A stretch of 64,000 nt of DNA from Chrysomallon squamiferum (GCA_012295275.1 CM022678.1:62001-126000); one strand, 5' to 3'; shown: positions 14,420 to 27,117, counted from the first letter of the stretch. Notes: generated by a model not told the origin, from the sequence alone. Translations and numbers: made by a program.

Positions 14420-16587
14420 GTAAGTTAAAAACTGAAAAGTTTTCTTTTGTGTGTCTGTTTAATATATAACACATCCGAGTGAGTGCAATACATCATCACG
14501 AGGAGACGAGTGCAGATTGTTATATATGAAAATATTTAGAATCCTCATCTAATATCTTTTCCAATACATCATGTATATAACTTGAAACTGACTAAGTTGT
14601 AGCAGTTTCTAATAATGTTTATGCAACAGAATACCCAAGTAACCAATGGCTTCAGGAAATATTCAGGAATTTCAGATTATAGAATTAAAAAACGTTGTTC
14701 TGGTGAATGCAGCAGGTCAGAAATATGAAAATGTGTCCAGATGCTAAAGCGATGGTCAGTGACAGATTAAAAACAGGTCTGTAAAAAAATACTTAGTAGA
14801 AGTATCAGTGTTATTAACATACTGAAGTGCACATTTCATATCATGTTTCAGAGTTTCAACTTTTATTATGATCTCATTATGTGCATACACTGAGATGGCA
14901 ATGTGTGTATGTATGTTTCTTGATAGATACAAAGATATTTGTAAAGTTGATGAAGGTTTTGTCCTGTTTTGGCACTCATGATCTTAGTGGATGTAACCTA
15001 AAACAGCAGTGAAGTACACAAGTAAAACCTAATTAACAGACAAGCTGACGTCACCAAGCTCACTCAGTAACTGTTTAGAAGTCATTTTACCGCAGTGTTG
15101 ACCTTCTAGCAACATAGCTAAATATTACCAGACAAAACTACTTATTTTCATTAAATCAAACACTGAGTCAAAGTTTTGACACCATTAATGTTGCCCAGAA
15201 CAAAGTCTGTGCTGCAGAGGTTACCCTAATAAAACCAAAACCTTGTTAACTAAGAAATTGTAATTTTGAGAGCAACATTAATATTTTTGATACAAGTAAT
15301 ATCATTTTTTCCTTTGAGTGAGGGGAGTAAAAGAAATGAAAAAATATTTTAATTGTTTTACCTGTTCGGAAATAGCTGTCCGATCTATGTGTGCAGGGCT
15401 GGAAATCAAAGCATTTTGTTTCATTTTAACTATTCTCGTTTTTTTACTTTAACAATTTCAAAAATTACTTATTATTCCTCTATAATTATCAAAGCAACAT
15501 TAATTATCCATAACACTTCCGGCTTTTACCTATGAAACTAAATAAATTACACTTTATTAACAGAAAAAAAACAGAAAGAAAGAAACTTTATATAACTGTA
15601 TTAATTTATTGCAGTCATAATCCTTAGTTGATATGTATTATTACTCATTTATAAACTATAATACATAATTTTAAGTAGTGTTACGGAAAAGAAAATGATT
15701 ATGCAAACATTTTTTGAATTACGTAGAATTTACACACACACAGACACATAAAAACATAAATAAATTAACACAAACATTCACACATACAAACATATTCAGG
15801 CATAGAAAAAGTTTTGACTGAGATTTTCTTCTTAAACTGTTGATATAACTCAACATGACTATATATGCCTGTCATTATTATCACCTGTAAATACTAAATA
15901 TACTGCAAAGCATACATAACATCAACAGCAACAACAACAACAACAATAATAATAATAACAATAACAACAGCAACAATAAACAGTGGGGCATCTAAGGCAC
16001 TCACAAGCGACCATTAATTAACACCATCGTCACGTAACCAAATTAGAACCCTTTATTGGGCATAACACTCTTCCTCCAAAATAACACTAACTATACATAG
16101 GAAACTCCCTGTATCGGGTAGATAGCTACCCAATTTGGCTTGACTCTAAGGCCATATATGTATTTATATTTAATGTTAAATCATTAGAAACACAAAAACA
16201 GAAGTTTGGATTAAAGAATATATGATCTAATAATAGTTATTTACCAAGTAAGCTTACAATGTCTGCACAGCCGATTGCAAACAGTTTTACGCCACAAAAT
16301 TCACATACTTGAACATGTGAGAGATATTTCATATGTTTAAACTAGGAAACCCCAAGATGTATTTGAAGATGCAAGTATATCAAACTAATGTTCTGTTTAG
16401 CAGGACATTGACGTGACAGTCAGTTAATAATAACACCATTGTGGTATCTATGTTTACAATTACTGATGGTCAGTGTTGATCTCAGATACCCACTATTCTC
16501 ACCCACTGTTTCAGAGATAACAGTCTACAGTTACTGTGATGAGTCTGATCTCAGATTACCAGCCGTGCTCCAAATTAATGGTTATAC

Positions 16588-16677
16588 CAGTGATTCTCAA
16601 CAAGTGTGCCGCGGCAATTGATTCTCAACCAGTGTGCCGCAAACTTTTGTAGAAAAACAGTTTGAGAAAAAACACGA
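16588..16677. mobile_element. Tiny hAT-derived remnant (also 52696-52786)
   Basis: cagtgattctcaac..gtgtgccgc.. at the left and gtttgagaaaaaacac at the right resemble the termini of the hAT at 59940-61547. No clean TSD. Confidence 0.5.
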
Positions 16678-17479
16678 TTGACTGACCTGTCATTCAGAAA
16701 CATGGAAAATCATTCTGTTGTTAATCATCACAAAGTTGTAATAACTTGTCACATGTTTTCACTCATTATTTCAGTGCTTAAATTTTCTCCAAGTGTATAT
16801 TTGTGACATTTCCATTTGTATTGTTTATATCATGTTTATATTGTTTATATATTTTGGGATCAATTCCTCCTACATTAATTTGAGTGAGTATAATTACAAC
16901 TATTCAGATATTATCTGTACATTTATATTGTTTATATAACAAAATTTTGTAATAGCATTAAGTTTAAGTTATTCTGATATTACTAGTGTTAATCCTATAT
17001 TATTTAACTCGCCCAACTGTGATTGTTCTACATGTTTTAACATTATTTGCAATTTGTGATGGTTTTCAAAGAAAAACAGAAAGATTTAAATTCGAACATT
17101 TTCAGTATGATAAAATTTTAGAAGACAGTCTATAAGATTAAAACTAGTATTAATACAAGGAACTAGATGTAGGTCTCTAGAAGAGTATGCAAGATGTAGG
17201 AGGTTTTGGGATCAATTCCTCCTGATAGAATCTTGAGCTGTTTCTATTTTAGCAGTGCAGAACAACTGAGTTATGAAATAGTAACTGTCTGTGGGTAGGT
17301 ATAAATGTAATAAGAAATAGTGGACTGTGAAGTGACAACACAGGGTTTTTTCTTGTATTATCTAAATGTTCCTTAATCTTATGTCTAACCTCATATAAAT
17401 AAAAAAAAATTCTTCCTTCTGTTAAAAAAAACACAACAAAAGAAAATAAAAACTCAAATCCTTATATTACTTTTTACAG

Positions 17480-17781
17480 TTCAACCAATACAGATGACAA
17501 AAAAGAGTTCAAAAAATCTTTCTAGCATCACAGCTGATTTTTCCTCTGACAACATCACAGCTGAGTCTTCCTCTGACAACATCACAACTGAGTCTTCCAT
17601 TGACAACATCACAGCTGATTCTTCCTCTGACAACATCACAACTGAGTCTTCCATTGACAACATCACAGCTGAGTCTTCCTCTGACAACATCACAGCTGAG
17701 TCTTCCATTGACAACATCACAGCTGAGTCTTCCTCAGGCAACATCACAACTGAGTCTTCCTCGGACAACATCAATCCTAGA
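17480..17781 (+). CDS. Gene A exon containing a 27-bp minisatellite (Ser/Thr/Asp-rich DNITAESSS repeats); second copy 53592-53893
   Basis: tttttacag|ttcaacc ... cctaga|gtaatt. About 9 copies of gacaacatcacagctgagtcttcctct. Homologous to the 74-nt exon 27044-27117 of gene B. Confidence 0.6.
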
Positions 17782-17989
17782 GTAATTTTTATTTATGGTA
17801 ATACATAGAGCATTTCAATATATTATTTTCTTTATTGATTGGAAACTCTAAGCAGAATTATTATTTGTATCTGTTCCAATGCAGTTTTCAATATATTGTT
17901 TTGATGAGGCAATTCTAATCTGACAAAATTATTATTTATATCTGTAACTGTCTTATATTGTTTACTTTTCTAAAAAGATTATTTGTAAA

Positions 17990-18795
17990 CTGACATTTTT
18001 TTCTGATTTAAACTGATAATAAATTAACAACTGAAAAGGTTTCATGTACTCTCTTACAGGCAAACGTAGCAAAAATAATAAATTTAAAAAATAGACTAAT
18101 TATTGTTTCATCATAACTATTATAATTATTCTTGTGTTGACCATTATTTATTTTAATGTTGTAAAGCAATGCTCACATCAAATGTTATCTATGTATAATT
18201 AGTTAGCATTACTAAAGACAGTTGTTAAAACATATATTGCTATATTCTGTAATACTGTTCACACAGACTGTATTATACTGTATGCTGCCATATCTCTATA
18301 GATAGATAAAAATTTTCTATATTCTTAGAAATCATGCACTGAAGTTACAGAAATGTTTTTACTCTGTTTCACAGGATCAACGGTGATAAATAACATTAGC
18401 AGTCAGATTTGTCAATTCAGACATGACAATACAGCCAGTAAGTTAAAGACTGACATTTTTTTCTGATTTAAACTGATAATAAATTAACAACTGAAAAGGT
18501 TTCATGTACTCTCTTACAGGCAAACGTAGCAAAAAATAATAAATTTAAAAATAGACTAATTATTGTTTCATCATAACTATTATAATTATTCTTGTGTTGA
18601 CCATTATTTATTTTAATGTTGTAAAGCAATGCTCACATCAAATGTTATCTATGTATAATTAGTTAGCATTACTAAAGACAGTTGTTAAAACATATATTGC
18701 TATATTCTGTAATACTGTTCACACAGACTGTATTATACTGTGTGCTGCCATATCTCTATAGATAGACATGACAATACAGCCAGTAAGTTAAAGAC
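17990..18795 (+). repeat. ~460-bp tandem duplication of an intron plus micro-exon cassette; second copy internally deleted
   Basis: ctgacattttttctgatttaaactgataat starts at ~17991 and ~18450. The second copy joins gataga to catgacaatacagcca|gtaagt. Confidence 0.9.
18375..18437 (+). CDS. 63-nt phase-1 micro-exon, STVINNISSQICQFRHDNTA (RHIM-like); second copy 54485-54547
   Basis: tttcacag|ga ... gcca|gtaagt, with an open frame. Confidence 0.6.
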
Positions 18796-19664
18796 TAAAA
18801 CTGTTCTCTTCTCTACATTTTTAATAGGTAACAGTCATGAATTTAGATTGCTGTCAGTGCCATAACATTCCGTAATAGATTATCAAAAGGCTGTTATCAT
18901 AAAAATTAAATATGTATCTTTGATTAGCAACTGAACTGTAGCCCATATTAGATTTCATGAATTAGTGTCCTTGTCCATAACTATTGATGAGATATTTCCA
19001 CTTTCCAACAGCAAAATACAAACAGTTAAATATTATAAATTCCACAAAGTATTACAAATTGCGGGCCATTTATTAGATACATGTACACTCTGTATACATT
19101 TCTGTATTTATAAACCTGGTGGGGGCTTGTCATATTTTGGTTCACACTTTCTTAATGGATGACTAAAAAAAACTAATCACCAGGCAAGTTCATGTCACCA
19201 AACTCATTTGGTCATTTCTGATTTTCAGAAATCATTTTACTACAGTGCAGACTTTCTAGCAACTACTTAGCTAAATTATTAACTACAAAACTATTTTTCA
19301 TTAAATAGAAGAAAGTGTTATACATTTATTTTGGTATCAAACAATAAAAGCAAGTAGTAATCTGCCACTCACAGCAGTTAAATAGTCTCTCTCTCTCTCT
19401 GTGTGTGTGAAACCTAATCACTTAAACATGGTCATATAACTGGCATTTCCTTGACCAATAACATGTCACATATAGAAATGCATACATGTATACTAATCAA
19501 ACATAATTTAAACATGTAGTTTGTGGACAGTATAACACATACTAGTTACAAAATAATAGTTGAAGGATCAATTTTTTTTTAACATGGATATTACAGTTAC
19601 TTTTCTATAAAATCAACACAATTACTACACACATGCATATTCAGAACTGTCTAATGAGTAATAT

Positions 19665-20815
19665 CTCCACATTTCAGTTCTTGATAAAGAAGTAGGGAAG
19701 ATAAAAGGGATGAAACTAAAATGCTAGAAATCCTGGTTAATTCTGGAAATCCTGTGGATATAATAAATGACAAAAACAATAAAGGTGAAACAGCTTTGAT
19801 TGTAGCTCTGAAAAACCATTGTAGACAGAAAGCTGGTTTTTTACTGGAATGTGGAGCTGATCCTTGTGCATCAGACGATGATAGAAATTCTGTTTTGCTT
19901 CTAGCTGCTAAACAAGGATATTTTGAAATTGTGAAACAATTGATTAAGAAAGGAGTTGATGTGAATACTAAAAACAGTACAGGTGAAACTCCTCTGTTTA
20001 CAGCTGTTAAGTATGAACAGAACAAAGTAGCGTTGTATTTACTGGAAAATGGAGCTGATCCTAATTTAACAGACAATGATGAAAATTCTGTTTTACACCT
20101 AGCAGCTAAATGTGGAAATAGAGAAATTGTGACAGCACTGATTGGAAAAGGTGTTAATGTAAATATTAGAAACATTACAGGTGAAACTCCTGTTTTAACA
20201 GCTGTTAAGCATCAGCAGAAGGGTATAGTTTCATATTTACAGGAAAATGGTGCTGATCTTACTATAAAAGACAATGATAACAATTCTGTTTATCACCTAG
20301 CAGCTAAATAAGAAAATGTAGAAATTGTGACAAAATTGATTGAAAAGATGTTGATATAAATATTTGTAATGGAACCTCATTAATGCCTTTTTGCCAGGCT
20401 TGTTTTTAATCGAAATTTTGTCTTCTATGTAGTGAATTATATAATATTCGTAAAACACTTATTTTTATAAGTGGTAATTATGGTATACATTTTAATATTA
20501 CAGTCTGTTATCCTTTAGACAGGAGGAGCCAAATTTTAGGTATTAATACCAATTAAGCTAATCTCCGTACAGGGGAAACTCCTCTTTCTACAGCTGTTAA
20601 GTATAAACAGAAACGTGTAGTTTTGTATTTACTGGAACGTGGAGCTGTTCTTAATTAACAACATCAGCTCCATGTTCCAGTAAATACAAAACTACACATT
20701 TCTGTTTTACACCTAGCAGCTAAACATGGAAATATAGAAATTGTGAGAGTATTGATTGAAAAAGGTTCTGCTGTAAATATTTTCAGTCAAGGTAAATCGC
20801 CCTTTCATGTAACAT
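19665..20815 (+). pseudogene. Ankyrin-repeat region of gene A (ORF 19721-20311, then a stop, a frameshift and a ~195-bp insertion)
   Basis: GETALIVA, NSVLLLAA, GETPLFTAV, NSVLHLAA, GETPVLTAV, NSVYHLAA repeats with LLENGADPN/GVDVN. The TAA at 20309 is present in both copies. Repeats resume at ~20567. Confidence 0.85.
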
Positions 20816-21099
20816 GAAATTAAATGTATATCTGATGCACAAGCATTGAGCAGTCTGAAAAAAAGAAAAACAAAACAGAAGTTTTGTATTAATATTGAGA
20901 AATTTATGAATATAAATAAATGAAACTATTCTAATATTGTCTATGTATTTTCATTGTTTATATAACTTAGTTTACTAAAATTATTCTTAAGATATGTGCA
21001 TATATATTTTTTATATAACACATTGTGGTACTAGGATTGACAAAACTAAAATATAACTTAGTAAAGTATTTTGATAATTATTATATAATTTTACAATAG

Positions 21100-22090
21100 A
21101 TGATAAAATAAAAATGTTACAAAAAAGATAGTGAAACCTGACTGTTTTGATGTTCTTGCTCATGAGTTTACTGACTTGCTGGCATCAAATAATGCCAGAG
21201 AAATTATTTCACATCCATCACTGAAAGATGAAGGGTTTGTAAAGTATCTCATAGGGGAAAAACATTTTGGTGGTAGACTGTCTGAAATACTGCATCAGAA
21301 ACTTTTTGAAAATGCATTTCATAAAAACAGTCCTCATTCAATACTTGCTCAAAAGAAATATTTTTATATATCAGTAGAAATATTTCATGTCTTCTTGACA
21401 ATGAGTCAAAAACTATATCTAGTTACATGTGGTATTTGGAAGTTGAAGACACTTTTAATTTTCATTCACTGTTCCAAGTGAGTGCATTGTGAATAGACAA
21501 AGAACATTAAGATTGTTCACATCAAATCTATGTAAAATGAAACTAACGTGTTTGAAAAAAGAACTTTTAGATATTTCTTGTTTGTTTGGTGATGAAGATA
21601 TTGTGAGAATGTTGCTAAAATCAGGTGTTACACCAACATTTGATACACTGAATGCAGCTGCTTGTTCAAAAACAGACAGTGCTACCATACTCAAAGAACT
21701 GTTACAGTATAAAAAGAAGATGAAATTGAATATTTGTTCTCACTTGTTACATATTTCAATTTGTTCAGGTAACATGAACATTGCCTGTCTGTTGGCTGAG
21801 ATGATAAACAATGAGAAACAGTGAAATAAAGGAAAAAGTTGTAAAACTTTTATTGGTTAGGTTCCAAAGTACTTCAAGTGTTATAAAAGAAATAGTAAAA
21901 CTGAAACCTGATTGTGTAAATGATGAGAACAGAGATAAAGTACTTTTAGCAGCAGCAATGTGGGGATCTACTGATACAGTGAATGTTCCCACTGAACAGA
22001 GATGTAATGATACAGATGGAAACAACTGAAAGAAAAGTGAAATACTGAAAGTGGTAAGTGATATTTAACACTGTAGATGTTGTTCAGAAA
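21100..22090 (+). pseudogene. Degenerate helical plus ankyrin-like coding relic
   Basis: Overlapping ORFs 21131-21481, 21489-21824 and 21811-22029 with LLDISCLFGDEDIVRMLLKSG, LLHISICSGNMNIACLL and VLLAAAMWGSTDTV. A paralogous piece lies at 43040-43230. Confidence 0.6.
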
Positions 22091-23274
22091 TATTTAAATG
22101 AAGGGAGACAATAGGCCCCTGCTTGCTCACCCAATAATACAATAACATGTTTTTAACAACTTCAATTGCATTTACTTAGGCTAATAATAACATAGATTGT
22201 CCAAGATCAGGTCACAGTCTACATTTCATTGTTTATGTAGCGCTGCTATAACCAGACGGTAATTATTCATACAATATCATGCAGCATCCACGCTTTATTC
22301 AGTAAATAGATACCTAGACAGAGAACTACATCAATAAAATAATCTCTCAGTGAAAACCAGTTTGAGTGTTTAAACAAAGCGTGCCCACCATAACCAGACG
22401 GTAATTAATCACACAGTATCATGCAGCATCCAAGTGGCTGTTTACCTTCCTGCTCCCTGAATCGTAAAGGTTGCAATTGGACTAAATGAAATGGTTTCGG
22501 GTCAAGAGTTCGAGGTGGAAAATCGTAAGGAGTTACTACATCTGCAGCTCTGATTGGTGGTTATAGGTGACAGTGACTCGAGTGAGTATTAAATTTTGTG
22601 CAAAGCAAGCGGTACTACCCGGAAGTGAGGAGGATTCGCGGAATGGGAAGATAACTCTAAATAATTACATTGCGGAATCGGCCCATTAAAAGAAATGAAT
22701 GTTGACATGAAAGCTTCCAATATAAAATTTACGAGAATTAAAAGTTTGTGTATGCATTCATTGTCGTGCTAAGACTCATGTTGACTTCGAAATATAAATG
22801 AATAAAGAAAGAAAGAAAGAAAGAAACTGAAGTAAATTTATTGGTCACTAGTAAATTAGATGAAATGAATATCAAAAATTTTAATTTTTTATTTACTTAC
22901 TTTCAAAATTAAACATGACAGATCTGCATGTTAATCATCTATCTTTTATTAGTGTTTTATGTAGAAAATTAAAATAAGACATCCAAAAAGAAAACAATTG
23001 AAATGAAATGAAATTAAATAAAATAAATAAATAATGAATAAATATGTAAGAAAATAAGTAAATAAAGTTACGTATAATTGGATGAAAGGTTATAAAATAA
23101 AATTATGTTTACGAGTTAGTATACCAAACAGGGCCGAATGAAGGTTAAACGCAGAGTGATTGAGAAATTAAATTAAATAAATAAATAAACAATGTCTACC
23201 CTGACTTCTCTGACAAAAAACAGAGTAGTCTTTCTTGCTGGATGAACAATGTTGATCTAAAGAGCAATATAAAA

Positions 23275-23305
<31 letters not shown>

Positions 23306-24414
23306 TGTAAATCTATTAGCCATGACATAACTTAGTAACTTTAAAATAATTAACATTCAGTCACTATGTTTAATAACGATTTATTTACTGTAAGTAAACC
23401 CTTGTATACAGCGTAAATCTGTCAAACTAGTTTGACAGACGTGCTATATTTAGAACTGATTTGTAAAGCTGCAGACGTTGTCACAAAGTAATACACCGTG
23501 TGCAAACCTGTGACGTGTCGTCTTACAAAAATATCGTGTCTCCAAGACGACGATTCACAGGGCGAGAAGACGGCATAGAATTTGTGACATTCCTTAGTTT
23601 AAAAGATTCGGGTTTTACTTCGATTTCTACTACAGGTCGGCAAAATCTAAATCTACTATTTTAGTAGTCACTGTTGATTGTTTATTTAAAATTTAAAATT
23701 TAAAATTTTCTATGGCGATCTCGGACTGTCACACCCGAAACTCGGTTTATGTTTGAGTTTTCATTTAAAAAACAGTTATGAACTAATAAAATTTAAATAT
23801 TTCTATTTATTACATCAAGTTCTTTATAAAACAATAAACATACGAAACAAAAAGGGTATTATCGTCCGGTACATGAATATAGGTATACTTGACATCATAC
23901 GTTTTCGTTTCCAAACGATTAAAAATATTTTCAATACAGAACGTTTAGTCAACTTTTAATAATAAAGGTTAATTTAATATGTATTGATTTGTTATAATCA
24001 TAATATAATATTGAAATGTAATGTAAAATGGCTAAGGATATTTCTCTCCAAACAACAATAAATAAATAAATAAGTAATAAAAAACTTTTTATGACTAACA
24101 GAAAAAAAAACCTAATTTGTTATAATGTCCTTTCTAATTTGTATTTATGTATGTATTTATTTCCTCGGAATATGTAATTTTAATATGGAAAGTCATGAAA
24201 GATTGACATCAGCCAAGTATCAAATTTCTCGATTTATTAAACGAAAATTTAAAAATTTAGTAAATTACATCATTACGATAAATTAAATGAAAAGATATGA
24301 AGTACGATCGAATAAGTTTGAGAATGTTTGCGAATGAAACGTTTATTATTCAAAATGAATGTTCTCGCTGTGGTTAACTTGTAAAGTAGACAAGTTCGAG
24401 TTTGATAAACACAA

Positions 24415-24518
24415 TTTCCGGTCCAAGGTGCATGCCGGTTTATATTTCACGTAGCTAAACAGAACCACGTGATTTAAAATGGCGGAACGGTTCTAAGTAT
24501 TACATCAGAAATAAAAAG
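24415..24518 (+). promoter_or_regulatory. Candidate promoter/first exon of gene B
   Basis: Local CpG enrichment, E-box cacgtg (24466), YY1-type aaaatggcgg (24476) and donor aaaaag|gtaaaa. Confidence 0.45.
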
Positions 24519-26086
24519 GTAAAACAAATTTGTAATGTACTTTCTTATGGTTTTATTCGGATAATGTTTTCTACTTTGGTATGTGACCTATAGCAAAAAA
24601 GAAAATTGCGGATATTAACAAATATTAACACTAAATACTAATAAAAAACAACAATGATCATCATTTTAAAACTACATCTACTATTACATTTAATGTTTAA
24701 GTCACAGAGTGGTGAAATATATGTTCAAGCACAATCATAACTTATAATAATTACTGTAGAATAATTTTCAAATGCATAAAACACCTTTTGAACATTTTAA
24801 GCAGTGTTGTTGTTGTTGTATTATCATATAGTAACACTAAAACTTGTAACAGGGTTATCTTTTCACTGAATCAACTGTCATAGCTTGTATAATGTCAATA
24901 ATCTAAATGTAATCAAACTTTGTCCCATCACAAAATAATAATTCAGATTTCAGGCACTGTTTTCTCAGTATGAAGTTATATGCTCTTAACAGTTAACTGG
25001 AAGTAATATACAGACAAAAGAAGAAATCGTATAAAGACTTAAGATCTTTTATTTTATAAAGTGAACAAAATTTGTAATATAGTATGCAGCAGATTACTGA
25101 AAACAGTAAACTACAAATTCTCAAAATGTGTGTTTATACAAGCAGACACAATGAAGAAAAAAATTATCTTTTACATGTGACAGCATCACCCTGATTTGAA
25201 GTATTTATCACTATTTTATAATAATTTGTTCCAAAAATAAAAATTTACCAAGTTCATATGTTGTATTAAATAAGTAATGCATTTCAAATAATTTTAATTA
25301 GAGAATTGAAAGTGTTGTCTACTGAAAGACATTGCGTTAAACTGTCTAGATGTTTAAACTGAACACAAAAAAGTGATATCTGTTTTAAATGTATTGTAAT
25401 ATTTGCCTACAAAACTGTTGGGCACCTGACAGTATTTTACTATGACTAAAAAAACAAGTGTTACAAAGGCTGGTAAATAAACTGAGAAAAATGAATTTGT
25501 TTTGTAACAGCAAGCCACTGGCGATAAGAAAATGGAACAAATGTTTTAGACTTCAGATTTTTGTTTTGACATCACAGTATTATCAAATAATCACATATCA
25601 CTTCAAAATAATTTGCAGAGTTCATAGAACGGGGAAAAATGTTATTTGAGTCTCAGATCTGTGGTTAAAGGTTCCATAGCAAGAAAACACTCCTTGGTTC
25701 TAGGTGACTGCCTACACTGTCTTTCTCTTCCCTCTAGCTAATTTTTTATTTTGCGGAAAAGGCAGTCATAGTGACTCAAATAATGCCCCAAATGTGCTCC
25801 AGTGCATTCAGATCTGTACTCATGACTGACCAAGGCAGAACTGTTAAAGCTTTGTTGTGCACTCATTCAGACTGTCAAGTTAAATATTTTATTTGTAGCT
25901 AATAGATGAAAATACTGCTGTTTGAAAAAAAACATGGAGACATGATACACTGACCTGTCACAGGGAAAGCAGTTGTAACTCATTCAGAAATATGGAACAT
26001 AATTCTGTTGTTAATCATCACAAAGTTGTAATTACTTGTCACATGTTGTCACTCATTATCTCAGTGCTTAACTTTTTCCAGGTGTA

Positions 26087-26287
26087 TTGGGTTGTAGAAT
26101 AAGTCATTCATGGTTCATAACTGATTCAAATTTTATTGCAGAAGTATCAACAAACTTGTTGGTCATCGGGAAAATGTGATAAATAACAAGGGAAATTAAG
26201 TTACATCTTGTTATCAATTAAGCTTAAGTTTTCTTCTATGTAATGATTAAATTTAATTGAACTACAATGAGTTATTCCTCAACCCAA
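26087..26287. mobile_element. Mariner-like MITE (~200 bp) in a gene B intron
   Basis: TA|ttgggttgtagaataa ... ttattcctcaacccaa|TA. The paralogous intron (16790, 52900) shows the empty site aagtgtatatttgtgac. Confidence 0.85.
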
Positions 26288-27043
26288 TATATTTGTGACA
26301 TTTTTATTTGTTACACCGGACAGGTTTAGTTCATTTCAGTGATTTCTGACAACAGTTCTGTTGAATTTTACCATGTATATTTGTAATGTTTATTAAAAAA
26401 ATCAGTGTGTGTTTCAGGTTGACCAAGGCATAAGACACAAACAACCCAGTCAGCTCGTCCACAACCCCTAAAAAAAGAAGCAAAAATAAACAAAAACCAA
26501 AATGAAGTAAAGGTAATTAATTACAACTAAGTTTTTATGTAATAACATTGTGAAAACTGTATTTTGTTAAGTATTTTTAAATAGCATATTTTACATCTCT
26601 ATTTACAAAAATTAGTACATTTAATGGTTTATATTTGATTATTTAAAAAAAATGTAGTAGGAATATATTTATAGAACAAAAGTTGAGAATACTGTCTATA
26701 AGGCTAAGACTAATATTAATACAAGGTACCAGATGTTGGTCTCTAGTATGTGCAAGGTATAATATGTCTTTGGATCAATTCCTACTGATAGAATTTGTAG
26801 CTGCTTTCATTTCAGTTCGTGCTCAACAACTGATGTATGAACTTGTATGTGCTGTCTGTGGGTAGGTGTAAATGAAGTATCACTTGTTGTTAATGAGAAA
26901 GAGTAGACTGTTAAGTGATAGCACTGGGTTTCTTCTTGTATTATCTGAATGTTCCTTAATCTTATGTGTAACTTCATGTAAATAAAATGAGTTGAATAAA
27001 ACATTTCTTTTTATATTAGAAATCATTATTTTATTTTTAACAG

Positions 27044-27117
27044 CTCAACCAACAGTGATTATGAAAAAATGTGTTCAGCAATTTTATCTGACATCACAGA
27101 TGTGGCATCCTCAAAGA
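27044..27117 (+). CDS. Gene B small exon (STNSDYEKMCSAILSDITDVASSK)
   Basis: tttttaacag|c ... aaga|gtatga. Same donor context as 48677-48747. Confidence 0.55.

Larger units (their letters stand above)
12211..21790 (+). repeat. Copy 1 of ~9.6-kb terminal direct repeat of the contig (equals 48287-57855)
   Basis: Identical ORFs at an offset of ~36.1 kb (15353/51461, 17249/53361, 17494/53606). Differences are mostly small indels concentrated towards the contig ends. Confidence 0.97.

Noticed and set aside
19651-20175. Minus-strand ORFs over the ankyrin and minisatellite regions (also 30305-30598, 21455-21694, 17481-17774)
   Set aside because: Antisense shadows of + strand coding or repeat sequence, with no independent motifs or splice signals.
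26418-26512. Coding exon of gene B
   Set aside because: Good splice signals but stops in all three frames; at most a UTR or decayed exon.
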